From: an uncultured delta proteobacterium | Lineage (GTDB): Bacteria > Myxococcota_A > Polyangia > Fen-1088 | DNA: 64,000 nt | Assembly (NCBI GenBank): GCA_963796685.1 | Contig: CAWCMR010000008.1 | Location: forward strand, 736,001 to 800,000 | Reading direction: 5' to 3' | Shown here: piece after piece, positions 49,689-58,091 of the stretch | How the letters are laid out: every line of letters begins with the position of its first letter | Numbering within the stretch: the first letter of the stretch is position 1 | Translations under genes and position numbers: made by a program | Notes under the pieces: model-generated | Database searches by the model: none | What the model was told of the DNA's origin: nothing | What the model saw: only the letters and a program-made list of their open reading frames with translations

Positions 49689-50174
49689 CTACCGGCCAAT
49701 TCCGAGCATCCCGCTGAGCCAGCGCGTGGCGCGGGCGCGAAAGCCCGAGCCGTGGCCGCGGTTGATGTGGCGGATGATCGTCCGTTCATCCAGGAAGAAC
49801 GTCGTGGGCAAACGATCCTCACCGAAGGCGCGCGCGAGAGCGCCGCTCCCGTCCAACGCGACCGTGGCTTGCGCGGGCAAGGGATGGCTGACGAGGAATT
49901 CCTTCAACTCAGGCGCATCCCCCTCCTCGGCCACGATCATCAGGGCGAAGCTCGGATTGAGCTTTTCCCGGAGGGCCAGGATCTCGGCCAGTCCTTCCTT
50001 GCACGGCTCGCACCAACTGGCAAAGAAGTCCACCACCGTCACGTGCCCTCGCAAATCGTCGTTGCTTACGCTTGCTCGTGTCAGGGTTTCTGCCTCGAAG
50101 GACGGGACCGGCGCGCCGACCTGCGGCCGGGCTGCATCGGCCAGGAGCAACGGTAAGAGCAAGAGGGAGATCAT
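49689..50174 (-). CDS. TlpA/ResA-like thiol-disulfide oxidoreductase
   Basis: VVDFFASWCEPC, LPTTFFLD. Confidence 0.88.
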   Translation of the reverse strand: MISLLLLPLLLADAARPQVGAPVPSFEAETLTRASVSNDDLRGHVTVVDFFASWCEPCKEGLAEILALREKLNPSFALMIVAEEGDAPELKEFLVSHPLPAQATVALDGSGALARAFGEDRLPTTFFLDERTIIRHINRGHGSGFRARATRWLSGMLGIGR

Positions 50175-50232
50175 GTCCCCAGTCTATCGCGCTCGAGGCG
50201 CGAGACCGAGACTGGTCTTTGTCGCAGATGCG

Positions 50233-51129
50233 TCAGCGATGACCGCCGTGACCGCCGCCGAACCCGCCACCATGACCGCCGCCGAACCCGCCACCATGGC
50301 CACCACCGAACCCGCCACCATGACCGCCGCCGAACCCGCCACCATGGCCACCACCGAACCCGCCACCATGGCCACCGGCAAAGCCTCCGCGCATGCCACC
50401 GCCGAACCGCGGTCCACCGCCGCCGAACCCGGCACGACCGCTGCCCGCATAGTTCATGCGCGCGCCGCCGCCGCGAAATCCGCCCGCTGCGAAGCCGCCG
50501 CGACCGCCGGAGGCGCGGTAGCCGCCGCCGAAGCGCGGTCCACCTCGGTACCCATAGCCACCGTGATTGCCGAAACCATATCCACCGCGGGGCCCGTGAT
50601 AGCCGCCCCAGCCATACCCGGCCCGGTACAATCCACGATACCAGCCGAAGCCAAGGGCGCCGCGCACGCCGAAGTAGGGATAGGCGCCCCAGCCCCAAAT
50701 CCAAGGCGCGGCCAACCAGGTCCAGCCGTAGGTCGGGTAGTACACGTAGGCGTAAGGAGAGCTGTCGTAGACCGTGCCCTCGTAGGTGTACTGATCACCG
50801 TACGGCATCCAAACCCAGCCGTACTGATCCGTGTACACCCATTGGCCCGCGGCCGGTCCCTGGTCGACCACAACGGGTTGCTGCACTGGCTGGACTTGTG
50901 CTTGCGGCTGCGCCTGGGACTGCACGGGCGGCGCGGGCGGCTGCAAAGGTGGCGCAGGCGGCTGCAGATTTGGCGCTGCCGTGGCAGGCTGCACTTGTGC
51001 CTGGGTGGGCTGGGACGCTGGCGCCTGATTGTTGGAGATTTCGACGAAATCTCCAGCGCGATCATCGGCTTGCGCGACGCCGGAGCCCAAGAGCAAGAGA
51101 GCAAGGCAAGGAGTCAGTTGAGTCTTCAT
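50233..51129 (-). CDS. Secreted Pro/Gln- and Gly-rich protein with YGWxW repeats
   Basis: Signal peptide; GQWVYT.QYGWVWMPY..YYP.YGW.W..APW.WG; (GGGHGGGF)n tail; GAGGTG RBS. Confidence 0.8.
   Translation of the reverse strand: MKTQLTPCLALLLLGSGVAQADDRAGDFVEISNNQAPASQPTQAQVQPATAAPNLQPPAPPLQPPAPPVQSQAQPQAQVQPVQQPVVVDQGPAAGQWVYTDQYGWVWMPYGDQYTYEGTVYDSSPYAYVYYPTYGWTWLAAPWIWGWGAYPYFGVRGALGFGWYRGLYRAGYGWGGYHGPRGGYGFGNHGGYGYRGGPRFGGGYRASGGRGGFAAGGFRGGGARMNYAGSGRAGFGGGGPRFGGGMRGGFAGGHGGGFGGGHGGGFGGGHGGGFGGGHGGGFGGGHGGGFGGGHGGHR
50251..50370. repeat. Coding tandem repeat, 5 x 24 bp
   Basis: Units RCCRCCRCCGAACCCGCCACCATG in variant order A,A,B,A,B, encoding HGGGFGGG. Confidence 0.9.
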
Positions 51130-51158
51130 GGAACACCTCACATCCTAACCGTGACATC

Positions 51159-51174
51159 AGCAACGTTCATGCCA
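51159..51174 (-). promoter_or_regulatory. Sigma-54 (-24/-12) promoter
   Basis: Minus strand TGGCATGAACGTTGCT with exact GG-N10-GC spacing, about 30 nt before the ATG at 51129. Confidence 0.75.
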
Positions 51175-51600
51175 TGCCGATCGCGCGGCGGACAGCCCGA
51201 TTGCCGCTTGCGCTTCACATTCTACGCCCCCTTGCCGGCCGCGACATGCGTGACCTTGACCTCACCTTCGAGCCCGCTCGGCCCGCTGTGAACAGGATTC
51301 ACGCAGCATTTTAATTGCGCCACACGGCTCGATCTTCGAACGCTACCATCGTGCACAAAGGCTGAACGTCCTGCGCCACCGCGGATGCTGTCGGGCGATT
51401 TAGTTGGCGCAAGCAGCCTTTCGCGGTCATAGTCTGGCCGTCCTTGCCTTCGCATGCTGCGAAGCGCGCCGGAACCGGTTGGCGGTCTTGCTGTCTGAAC
51501 GGTTTTTCTTGCACGGACCGTTCACATAACCCCTGACCTTCCGCCTTCGTAGGCGGGGCGCACCGAAGGGTCGGGGGAGACTGCCAAGAGGATCGCTTTG

Positions 51601-52917
51601 ATGATCGCTACCAGTTCCATACCCGTATCACGCCCTGCACCTGCCCCGACCTCCACCAATGCTTCGACCGTGGTGCCTTCTCCCGCGCCCCAGTCGAGTG
51701 CCTTCGCGGCCTTCGGCTTGCGCGTGCCCATTCTGCGCGCCGTGGCGTCCGAGGGCTACACCACCCCCTCGCCCATCCAGATGCAGGCCATACCCTTCGT
51801 CATGCAAGGACGCGACTTGCTCGGGTGCGCCCAGACGGGAACCGGCAAGACCGCGGCCTTCGCACTGCCGCTGCTCCACCGCATGTCCGATCCGGCACAG
51901 ACCAAGCGTCGCGTGGGACCGCGCGTGCTGGTGCTGGCGCCGACGCGCGAGCTGGCCGTGCAGATCGCGGACAGCTTTCGCGTGTACGGCAAGCACGTCT
52001 CGCTCAACTACGGCGTGATCCTGGGTGGCGTCTCGCAGGGCTCGCAAATCGCGACCTTGCGCCGTGGCGTCGACGTGCTGGTGGCCACGCCGGGCCGTCT
52101 GCTCGATCTCATGAGCCAAGGCTGTGTCCCGCTTGCCGATGTCGAGACCCTGGTGCTCGACGAGGCCGATCGGATGCTCGACATGGGTTTCATCGATCCC
52201 ATCCGCCGCATCATCGCCAAGCTGCCGTCCAGGCGGCAAAACCTGCTCTTCTCGGCCACCATGCCGCCCGCCATCGCGACCCTTGCCGGCCAGATCCTGC
52301 GCGACCCGGCCAAGGTGTCCGTCGCGCCTGCGGCCACCACCGTCGACACGGTCTCGCAATCGGTGTACTTCGTCCGCCAATCCGACAAGCGCACCCTGCT
52401 GCGCGAGGTGCTGCGCGATCCGGCCTTGACCCGCGCCATTGTCTTCACGCGCACCAAGGCCGGGGCCAACCGCGTCGCGCGCGACCTCGATGCCGCCGGG
52501 ATAACCGCCGACGCCATCCACGGCAACAAGAGCCAAAACGCCCGCCAGAACGCTCTCATGGGATTCCGCAACGGCAAGGTGCGCGTCCTGGTGGCCACCG
52601 ACATCGCCGCGCGCGGCATCGATGTGGACGGTATCAGCCACGTCATCAACTTCGAATTGCCCAACGAGCCCGAGAGCTACGTCCACCGCATCGGCCGCAC
52701 CGCGCGTGCCGGAGCCAGCGGCGTGGCGCTTTCATTCTGCGACGCCGCCGAGCGCACCTACCTGCGCGACATCGAGCGGCTCACGCGCAAGAGCATCTCC
52801 GTGGTCGCCAACCACCAGTTCGTGGCCGGCAGCGACGTGCCGACGCCAATCCCGACCCGCCAAGGGCGCGGCGGCGGTCGCGGCAACGGTGGAGGCAACC
52901 GCGGCTGGCGGCGTTAA
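51601..52917 (+). CDS. rhlE: DEAD-box RNA helicase (RhlE-like)
   Basis: Q motif, AQTGTGKT, PTRELA, TPGRL, DEAD, SAT, ARGID, HRIGRTAR. Confidence 0.93.
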   Translation: MIATSSIPVSRPAPAPTSTNASTVVPSPAPQSSAFAAFGLRVPILRAVASEGYTTPSPIQMQAIPFVMQGRDLLGCAQTGTGKTAAFALPLLHRMSDPAQTKRRVGPRVLVLAPTRELAVQIADSFRVYGKHVSLNYGVILGGVSQGSQIATLRRGVDVLVATPGRLLDLMSQGCVPLADVETLVLDEADRMLDMGFIDPIRRIIAKLPSRRQNLLFSATMPPAIATLAGQILRDPAKVSVAPAATTVDTVSQSVYFVRQSDKRTLLREVLRDPALTRAIVFTRTKAGANRVARDLDAAGITADAIHGNKSQNARQNALMGFRNGKVRVLVATDIAARGIDVDGISHVINFELPNEPESYVHRIGRTARAGASGVALSFCDAAERTYLRDIERLTRKSISVVANHQFVAGSDVPTPIPTRQGRGGGRGNGGGNRGWRR

Positions 52918-52936
52918 GATGGGAACCCTGACCTGA

Positions 52937-53002
52937 ACCTCGCCCCGCGAAGCGGAGCGCAGCGGGGAGAGGTCGCCGAGCGCAGCGAGGCGGGTGAGGG
53001 GC
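52937..53002. repeat. REP-like palindromic element
   Basis: ACCTCGCCCCGC...GCGGGGAGAGGT stem followed by CGCCGAGCGCAGCGAGGCG and GGTGAGGGG; resembles the widespread CCCTCTCCC..GGGAGAGGG..GGTGAGGG repeats. Confidence 0.7.
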
Positions 53003-53223
53003 TGTCACGTTTCATGCCTGAAGGATCCGGGCCATCGGCCCGGCGGCGCGACTGGGAGGGTTCCCATACCCTCCCGCGCTCTGGCTTCGGTGGGCAAAGC
53101 CCGCCTTCGCCTGGCGGCCCTATCGCCCCCCCACGCGACTCGCCCGAGAACTTTCGGGTTTGTGCCCCTGCTGTGTCACAATGGATCGAGGCGCTGTCTT
53201 GTGCATGACGGCGCGGAGGACCC

Positions 53224-54255
53224 ATGAGAAACACCACTTTCGCCGTCGCGTTCCTGATGGTTTCCGCTTGCGGCGGATCGAACGGTAACTCCACCCCGCC
53301 GTCCGACAATGCTGACGCCGCGGCCAGCGAAACCGGTGTGCCGACCAAGGGCGGTCCCGACGCCAAGGCACTGGCCTCAGGCTGCGATCATGCGGCAGCG
53401 CTTTGCTCGAAGCTCGCCGAGTGCGCGCCGTTCTTACTCGAGGCCGGCTACGGCGACGAGGTTACCTGCGCGGATCGTCTGACCAAGGCATGTACCGAGC
53501 AATCGCTGTCCGCGGGCAGCGGGATGACCGAGGCCAACATCTTGGCCTGCGAATCCGCCTTGACCGCGGCCAGCTGCAACGACGTATTCGCCAACAATGT
53601 TCCGGCCTGCACCTTCCGCGGCACCCTGGCCGATGGTGCTACGTGTGGCGACGGCAGCCAGTGCGCGAGCGGATTCTGCTCGCACGGTAGCGACCTCTGC
53701 GGCGTGTGTGCCGACAAAGGCGGGGCCGGAGCCGCCTGTCCGTCCGGGAGCAACGACGAGTGCCAAACCGGGCTGGTGTGCAGCTCGGGCAAGCTCTGCG
53801 CGAAGCCCGCCGGGCTCGGTCTCGCGTGCGACGACACGACCCAGCCCTGCCTGACCGGTACGTTTTGCACCACTGCGAAGACCTGCGCCTTGACCGTGAA
53901 GGCGGGCGAGGCCTGTCCGGGCACCTATCTGAATTTTGGCGACGGAACCCTCTGTCTCGGCGCCACGAGCACCCAGATAGGCACAGCCTCGAAAGGCGAG
54001 CCCTGCGGTCTGGCGCCTGATACGGGTCTGCCACCCACCCTTTGCGCCCCCGGCAGCGTCGCGGGTTGCACCCTTGTTTCCGGCGGCATCCAGCTCTTCG
54101 GCCTTCCGACCAAAGGCATTTGCGCCGCGCCAAGAGACGATGGCTTTACGTGTACCGCCACGGACATCTGCCAACCCGCCGCCCAGTGCATCAGCGGCAC
54201 CTGTCGGATCCCGTCCGGCAGGTACTGCCAGCAAACCGTGGACGGCGGTAGCTGA
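53224..54255 (+). CDS. Cys-rich lipoprotein
   Basis: VSAC lipobox; repeated G..C....C..GL.C motifs; GGAGG RBS. Confidence 0.85.
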   Translation: MRNTTFAVAFLMVSACGGSNGNSTPPSDNADAAASETGVPTKGGPDAKALASGCDHAAALCSKLAECAPFLLEAGYGDEVTCADRLTKACTEQSLSAGSGMTEANILACESALTAASCNDVFANNVPACTFRGTLADGATCGDGSQCASGFCSHGSDLCGVCADKGGAGAACPSGSNDECQTGLVCSSGKLCAKPAGLGLACDDTTQPCLTGTFCTTAKTCALTVKAGEACPGTYLNFGDGTLCLGATSTQIGTASKGEPCGLAPDTGLPPTLCAPGSVAGCTLVSGGIQLFGLPTKGICAAPRDDGFTCTATDICQPAAQCISGTCRIPSGRYCQQTVDGGS

Positions 54256-54274
54256 GCCGGTTGGTCTAGCCGAG

Positions 54275-55114
54275 CTAGCGCCACAGATCGGCGATGAAGC
54301 TCAGGATGCCGGCGGCGGAGTGGACGTGCCCGGTTCTCGCCGAGCCGACCCCGCTGGCGTCGAGGTCGATGCCCAAGCTGTCCATGCGCTCGCTTCGCCT
54401 CTCGGCCGTGCGCAGGCGCCGTTCCTGCTCGGACAGCTCGGCCAGCTCGCGCTCGCGCTCGCGTTCCAAGCCGCCCTGCTCGACGAAGCGGATGACTTCC
54501 GCCAGCTCGCCAGCGTCGAACCAGACCCCATGGCTCTTGCAAACGTCGACGATCACGCCCGAGATGCGTCCGAAGGCCTGACGGTTCATGGATTTGCCGC
54601 ACGTCGGACAAGCGATGTAGCGAACTGCGCTCTCGCGTTTCATCTCGCGCTTGGGCAGGGCCAGGCGCAGGCTCGTCGGCATGTCCCGCGCGGCCACCAA
54701 GCGATCCATGGTGGTTGGCGCCAGGAAGAGGCCGCCGCACTTGTCGCATTCTTCGACGCTCAGGTCGCCGTACTCGCGCGCTTGCAACTGGCTGCGGCAG
54801 CGCGGGCAACCATAGGCTGCGGCGATCCCCGCGCTCGCGGCCTGGGGCGCGAGCGAACGACCGCACGCCTGGCAGTGCGCCGCCCCGGCAAGATTCCAGG
54901 CGAGACACGCGGCGCAGCGGCAGGTGGCCACGGTGGAGCCGCAGTAGGGACATGCACGCGCGCCGACCGCGATCGATCCGCCGCAACCCGGGCAGGCGAT
55001 CGATTTCGCTTCCTCGCTCGGCTTCGGACAATGGCACACCCGAGCTCGCGACGCCGCATCCACTGGCGGGTCGACGATTCCTCCGCAGGCTAGGCAGACG
55101 AGGGCATCCGACAT
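54275..55114 (-). CDS. Multi zinc-ribbon protein (double zinc ribbon plus zf-TFIIB-like)
   Basis: Many CxxC pairs; CDKCGGLFL, CPTC...M, VDVC..HGVWFDAGEL. Confidence 0.85.
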   Translation of the reverse strand: MSDALVCLACGGIVDPPVDAASRARVCHCPKPSEEAKSIACPGCGGSIAVGARACPYCGSTVATCRCAACLAWNLAGAAHCQACGRSLAPQAASAGIAAAYGCPRCRSQLQAREYGDLSVEECDKCGGLFLAPTTMDRLVAARDMPTSLRLALPKREMKRESAVRYIACPTCGKSMNRQAFGRISGVIVDVCKSHGVWFDAGELAEVIRFVEQGGLERERERELAELSEQERRLRTAERRSERMDSLGIDLDASGVGSARTGHVHSAAGILSFIADLWR

Positions 55115-55129
55115 GGTCGCAATTCTAGT

Positions 55130-55753
55130 TCAAAGCGACGAGTGCCCAGAGCTGTCCTCGATGGGCGTTCCGGCTTCGATACGCATGGGGGCGTTGTGAT
55201 GGCGGACCGCCTTGGTTGCCTCCAGGCACGCGTGGCCGAAGGGTTTCTCGATCTTCTTCCACAGCTCGTCCTCGGCGTCCGCGTAGATCTTGCGTCGACT
55301 TCCCGTGAGCCTGACCGTCGTGAGCTTTCGTCCGTTGACGCCGCTGCGCAGCTCGAGGGTCAGGACGGCCGTGTCCTTGCCCGTATCCTTGAGACGGCCG
55401 TGGATGTAGAGCGCGAGATTCAGAGCCGCGCCCATGTCGCGGTACTGCTCGGCAGTGTCCGGCGATTTCAGGTTGGTCGACACCTCCCTGACCTTGGACC
55501 TCAGGACCTTGATGACCTGCGCGCGAATGCGATCCACATCGTCGCCACGAAATTCGAGCAGCGCGATCCTGCTATCCGCCACCGCCGCGGCTTCCTCGCG
55601 TGCGTGGGTCTCGGCGCTGGCTCGCGCCTTGGCACCGCCGCGCGCGTGACCCTTGTGAGGCGCCGCCTGCGCTATCGATACAGCGCCGACCATGACCACC
55701 GCCAGGATACAGACCGACGCGGCGGACGAGACGGGCAATTCCGGGGCGAACAT
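55130..55753 (-). CDS. Exported hypothetical protein
   Basis: Signal peptide (..AQA), basic linker, globular domain. Confidence 0.65.
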   Translation of the reverse strand: MFAPELPVSSAASVCILAVVMVGAVSIAQAAPHKGHARGGAKARASAETHAREEAAAVADSRIALLEFRGDDVDRIRAQVIKVLRSKVREVSTNLKSPDTAEQYRDMGAALNLALYIHGRLKDTGKDTAVLTLELRSGVNGRKLTTVRLTGSRRKIYADAEDELWKKIEKPFGHACLEATKAVRHHNAPMRIEAGTPIEDSSGHSSL

Positions 55754-55854
55754 CCGGGACATCGGGATCTTTTACCCGCTTTGCCCCGCTGGTGACCAGG
55801 GACTTCTGACAAGGTTGCGCACTTGCGCCAAGAAATGGTAGCCACACGCCCGTC

Positions 55855-56052
55855 ATGGACGCGGTCAAGCACATGGGCGAGCAGTCGATCGGACGGCTGC
55901 TGCTCCGCTATTCTCTGCCGGCCATTGGCTTCTACGGAATCTATCTCGTCGGCCCCTGCGCAGACCTTCTCTTCGCCGTCATCGCCGCCAACGTGATGAT
56001 GCGCGAGCTCGGCAGGCTGCGCTTGGCGCCGGACTTGGCCTCTAGTCCCTGA
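55855..56052 (+). pseudogene. MATE efflux transporter remnant (N- and C-termini fused in frame)
   Basis: MD..K.MGE.SIGRLLLRYSLPAI is a MepA-like MATE N-terminus; G.YGIY..GP.ADLL......RELGRL is a MATE C-terminus. Confidence 0.7.
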
Positions 56053-56054
56053 GG

Positions 56055-57194
56055 CTAGCGACGATAGAAATCTTCGATCTGGGACAGCACGCGGTCGACG
56101 CGCTCGGGTCCCATGCCGTACCACAAGGGCAGGCGAAGCAGGCGCTGGCTCTCGCGCGTGGTATGGCGGTCCTCCCCCACGAGCTGGCCGTACCGGCGTC
56201 CGGCCTCCGCGCTGTGCAGGGGAATGAAGTGAAAGGTCGCACTGGTGCCTCGCTCGGCAAGGTATGCCAGAAGTCGGCTCCGTTCATCGAGATCGGCCGT
56301 CTTCACATAGAACATATGCCCATTGTGCTGGCAGTCTCGCGGAACGGTCGGCATTTCGATGCGCTCGCGTGCGACCAGGTCGCGCAGGCCGAGGGCATAG
56401 CGCCGCCAACTGGCCAGCCAATCGACCAAGACGTCGTCGCTGCCCTCGAACTGCCCCCAAAGGAACGCGGAGCACAGCTCGCTCGGCGTGTACGAGGAGC
56501 CCAGGTCGACCCAGGTGTACTTGTCGACCTGGCCGCGGATGAAGCGCCTGCGGTTGGTTCCCTTGTCGCGGATGAACTCGGCGCGCTCGACGTAGCTTGG
56601 CTGATTGATGGCCAGCGCGCCGCCCTCGCCACAGTGCAGGTTCTTGCTTTCATGAAAGCTGAGGCAACCGAACGTCCCGAGCCCGCCGAGCTGTCGACCC
56701 TTGTACGTGCCGAGGATGGCGTGGGCCGCATCCTCGACGATCAGGATGCCGTGCCGTTCCGCGATCTCGGCCAGCACATCCATGTCGCACGCGACCCCGG
56801 CGTAGTGCAAGGCGCAGATGACCTTGGTTCGCGGCGTGACCGCGGCGAGCACCAAGCGTTCGTCGAGGTTGAGCGTGTCGGCCCGAATGTCCACGAAGCG
56901 CAGCGCGGCCCCGCGTAGCGCGAAGGCATTCGCCGTCGACGTGAAGGCGAAGGACGGCAGGATGACCTCGTCCCCCGGGCCGATCCCCGCCAGCAGGGCT
57001 GACATCTCGAGAGCGTGGGTGCAGGAAGTGGTCAGAAAAACCTTGCCGCCGCCGAGTCGCCGCGAAAGCCACGTCGTGCACCGTTCGGCGTAGTCGCCTT
57101 CTTGCAACGACCTTTCTCCCTCGAGCAAGCAACGCATGTGCGCCGGCTCGCGGCCGGTGCGGGTAGGTTTGTGGAACGGGATTGTTTGCGACAT
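56055..57194 (-). CDS. wecE: dTDP-4-amino-4,6-dideoxygalactose transaminase
   Basis: LTTSCTHALEM, HYAGVACDM, EDAA, SFHESKN..CGEGG, KGTNR..F.RGQVDKYTW.D.GSS. Confidence 0.92.
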   Translation of the reverse strand: MSQTIPFHKPTRTGREPAHMRCLLEGERSLQEGDYAERCTTWLSRRLGGGKVFLTTSCTHALEMSALLAGIGPGDEVILPSFAFTSTANAFALRGAALRFVDIRADTLNLDERLVLAAVTPRTKVICALHYAGVACDMDVLAEIAERHGILIVEDAAHAILGTYKGRQLGGLGTFGCLSFHESKNLHCGEGGALAINQPSYVERAEFIRDKGTNRRRFIRGQVDKYTWVDLGSSYTPSELCSAFLWGQFEGSDDVLVDWLASWRRYALGLRDLVARERIEMPTVPRDCQHNGHMFYVKTADLDERSRLLAYLAERGTSATFHFIPLHSAEAGRRYGQLVGEDRHTTRESQRLLRLPLWYGMGPERVDRVLSQIEDFYRR

Positions 57195-57197
57195 CGA

Positions 57198-58004
57198 TTA
57201 CCTTCCGACAAGCCGCGAAGCGAGCTGCTGCATATGGAAGAACGCCTTGCGCGTAAAGTTCTTCTGCGATTGGGCGGGGCGAGACACCTCGGCCGGGTAG
57301 CCCAGGGAACGCGCGATGCGCTCCATCCGCGCGTTGCCCGAGGCGTGAAGGAGGCAGGGCCAGGTTCCCGTGGCACGGTTGAAAACCCGTCCCTTCTCGA
57401 ATTCGAGGTCGGTCAAATTGGGCCTCCGGGTCAGAAAGTCCCTGAATAGCAGGTTGTGGAAGAGGTCGCAGCGCCAATCGAGCGCGACCTCGGCGTCCCC
57501 GCGAACGTACAGGCCGGTCAACCGCTCTTGGTCCATGTCCTTGTCGGTCATCTTCTCCTGCTCGACCAGCCAATCGATGACCGAGCGGGCGCAAGCCGCG
57601 CTTGCCATCCAGGTTCCGCTGTTGAGGAAGTCGTAGCCGAACGAGGTATGCGGCATGGCCTGCCCGCTCTTGTTGAACTCGGTGTTGTAGACAGCCGCGA
57701 GTCCGCGCCCCAGCTTGAGCGAGCCGCAAACGAACTTGCCCCGGTACGGCCGGTAGCGCTCGGCCAGCTCGCCGAGGTCGGTGAGGAAGACCACGTCGAA
57801 GGGATCCACGGACAGGACGAGGTCGTCATCCGCCAGGTCGGCGATGGCCCGGCGGATATCCGTGGTCTTGCGCCCGAATCCGATCCACGGCTGTCCCCAT
57901 CCGAGTGGAATCGGCTCGACGCCGAAGCGCCTGCACGAGGCCATGAACAGGTCGAAGTACGCTTGCTTTCCGGTGGCGTAGGCGAATACCGAAACCACGA
58001 CCAT
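57198..58004 (-). CDS. GT-A glycosyltransferase resembling the PLOD/LH3 glycosyltransferase domain
   Basis: LG.G..W.G..K, D.FDV, FLNSG..M, DQ, LD..C.LF, P..LH..G. Confidence 0.65.
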   Translation of the reverse strand: MVVVSVFAYATGKQAYFDLFMASCRRFGVEPIPLGWGQPWIGFGRKTTDIRRAIADLADDDLVLSVDPFDVVFLTDLGELAERYRPYRGKFVCGSLKLGRGLAAVYNTEFNKSGQAMPHTSFGYDFLNSGTWMASAACARSVIDWLVEQEKMTDKDMDQERLTGLYVRGDAEVALDWRCDLFHNLLFRDFLTRRPNLTDLEFEKGRVFNRATGTWPCLLHASGNARMERIARSLGYPAEVSRPAQSQKNFTRKAFFHMQQLASRLVGR

Positions 58005-58091
58005 TTCTGACCCGAACTTCGACTTTCGTCCAGTGGCGTTCGCGCGGCCCTGGTCCTTTTCCCGGCCCGTCGCTGGGACGGGCGAGCATCG

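Noticed and set aside
50251-50370. Regular 24-bp repeats as a CRISPR array
   Set aside because: No unique spacers; the repeats are in-frame coding sequence for GGGHGGGF; no cas genes
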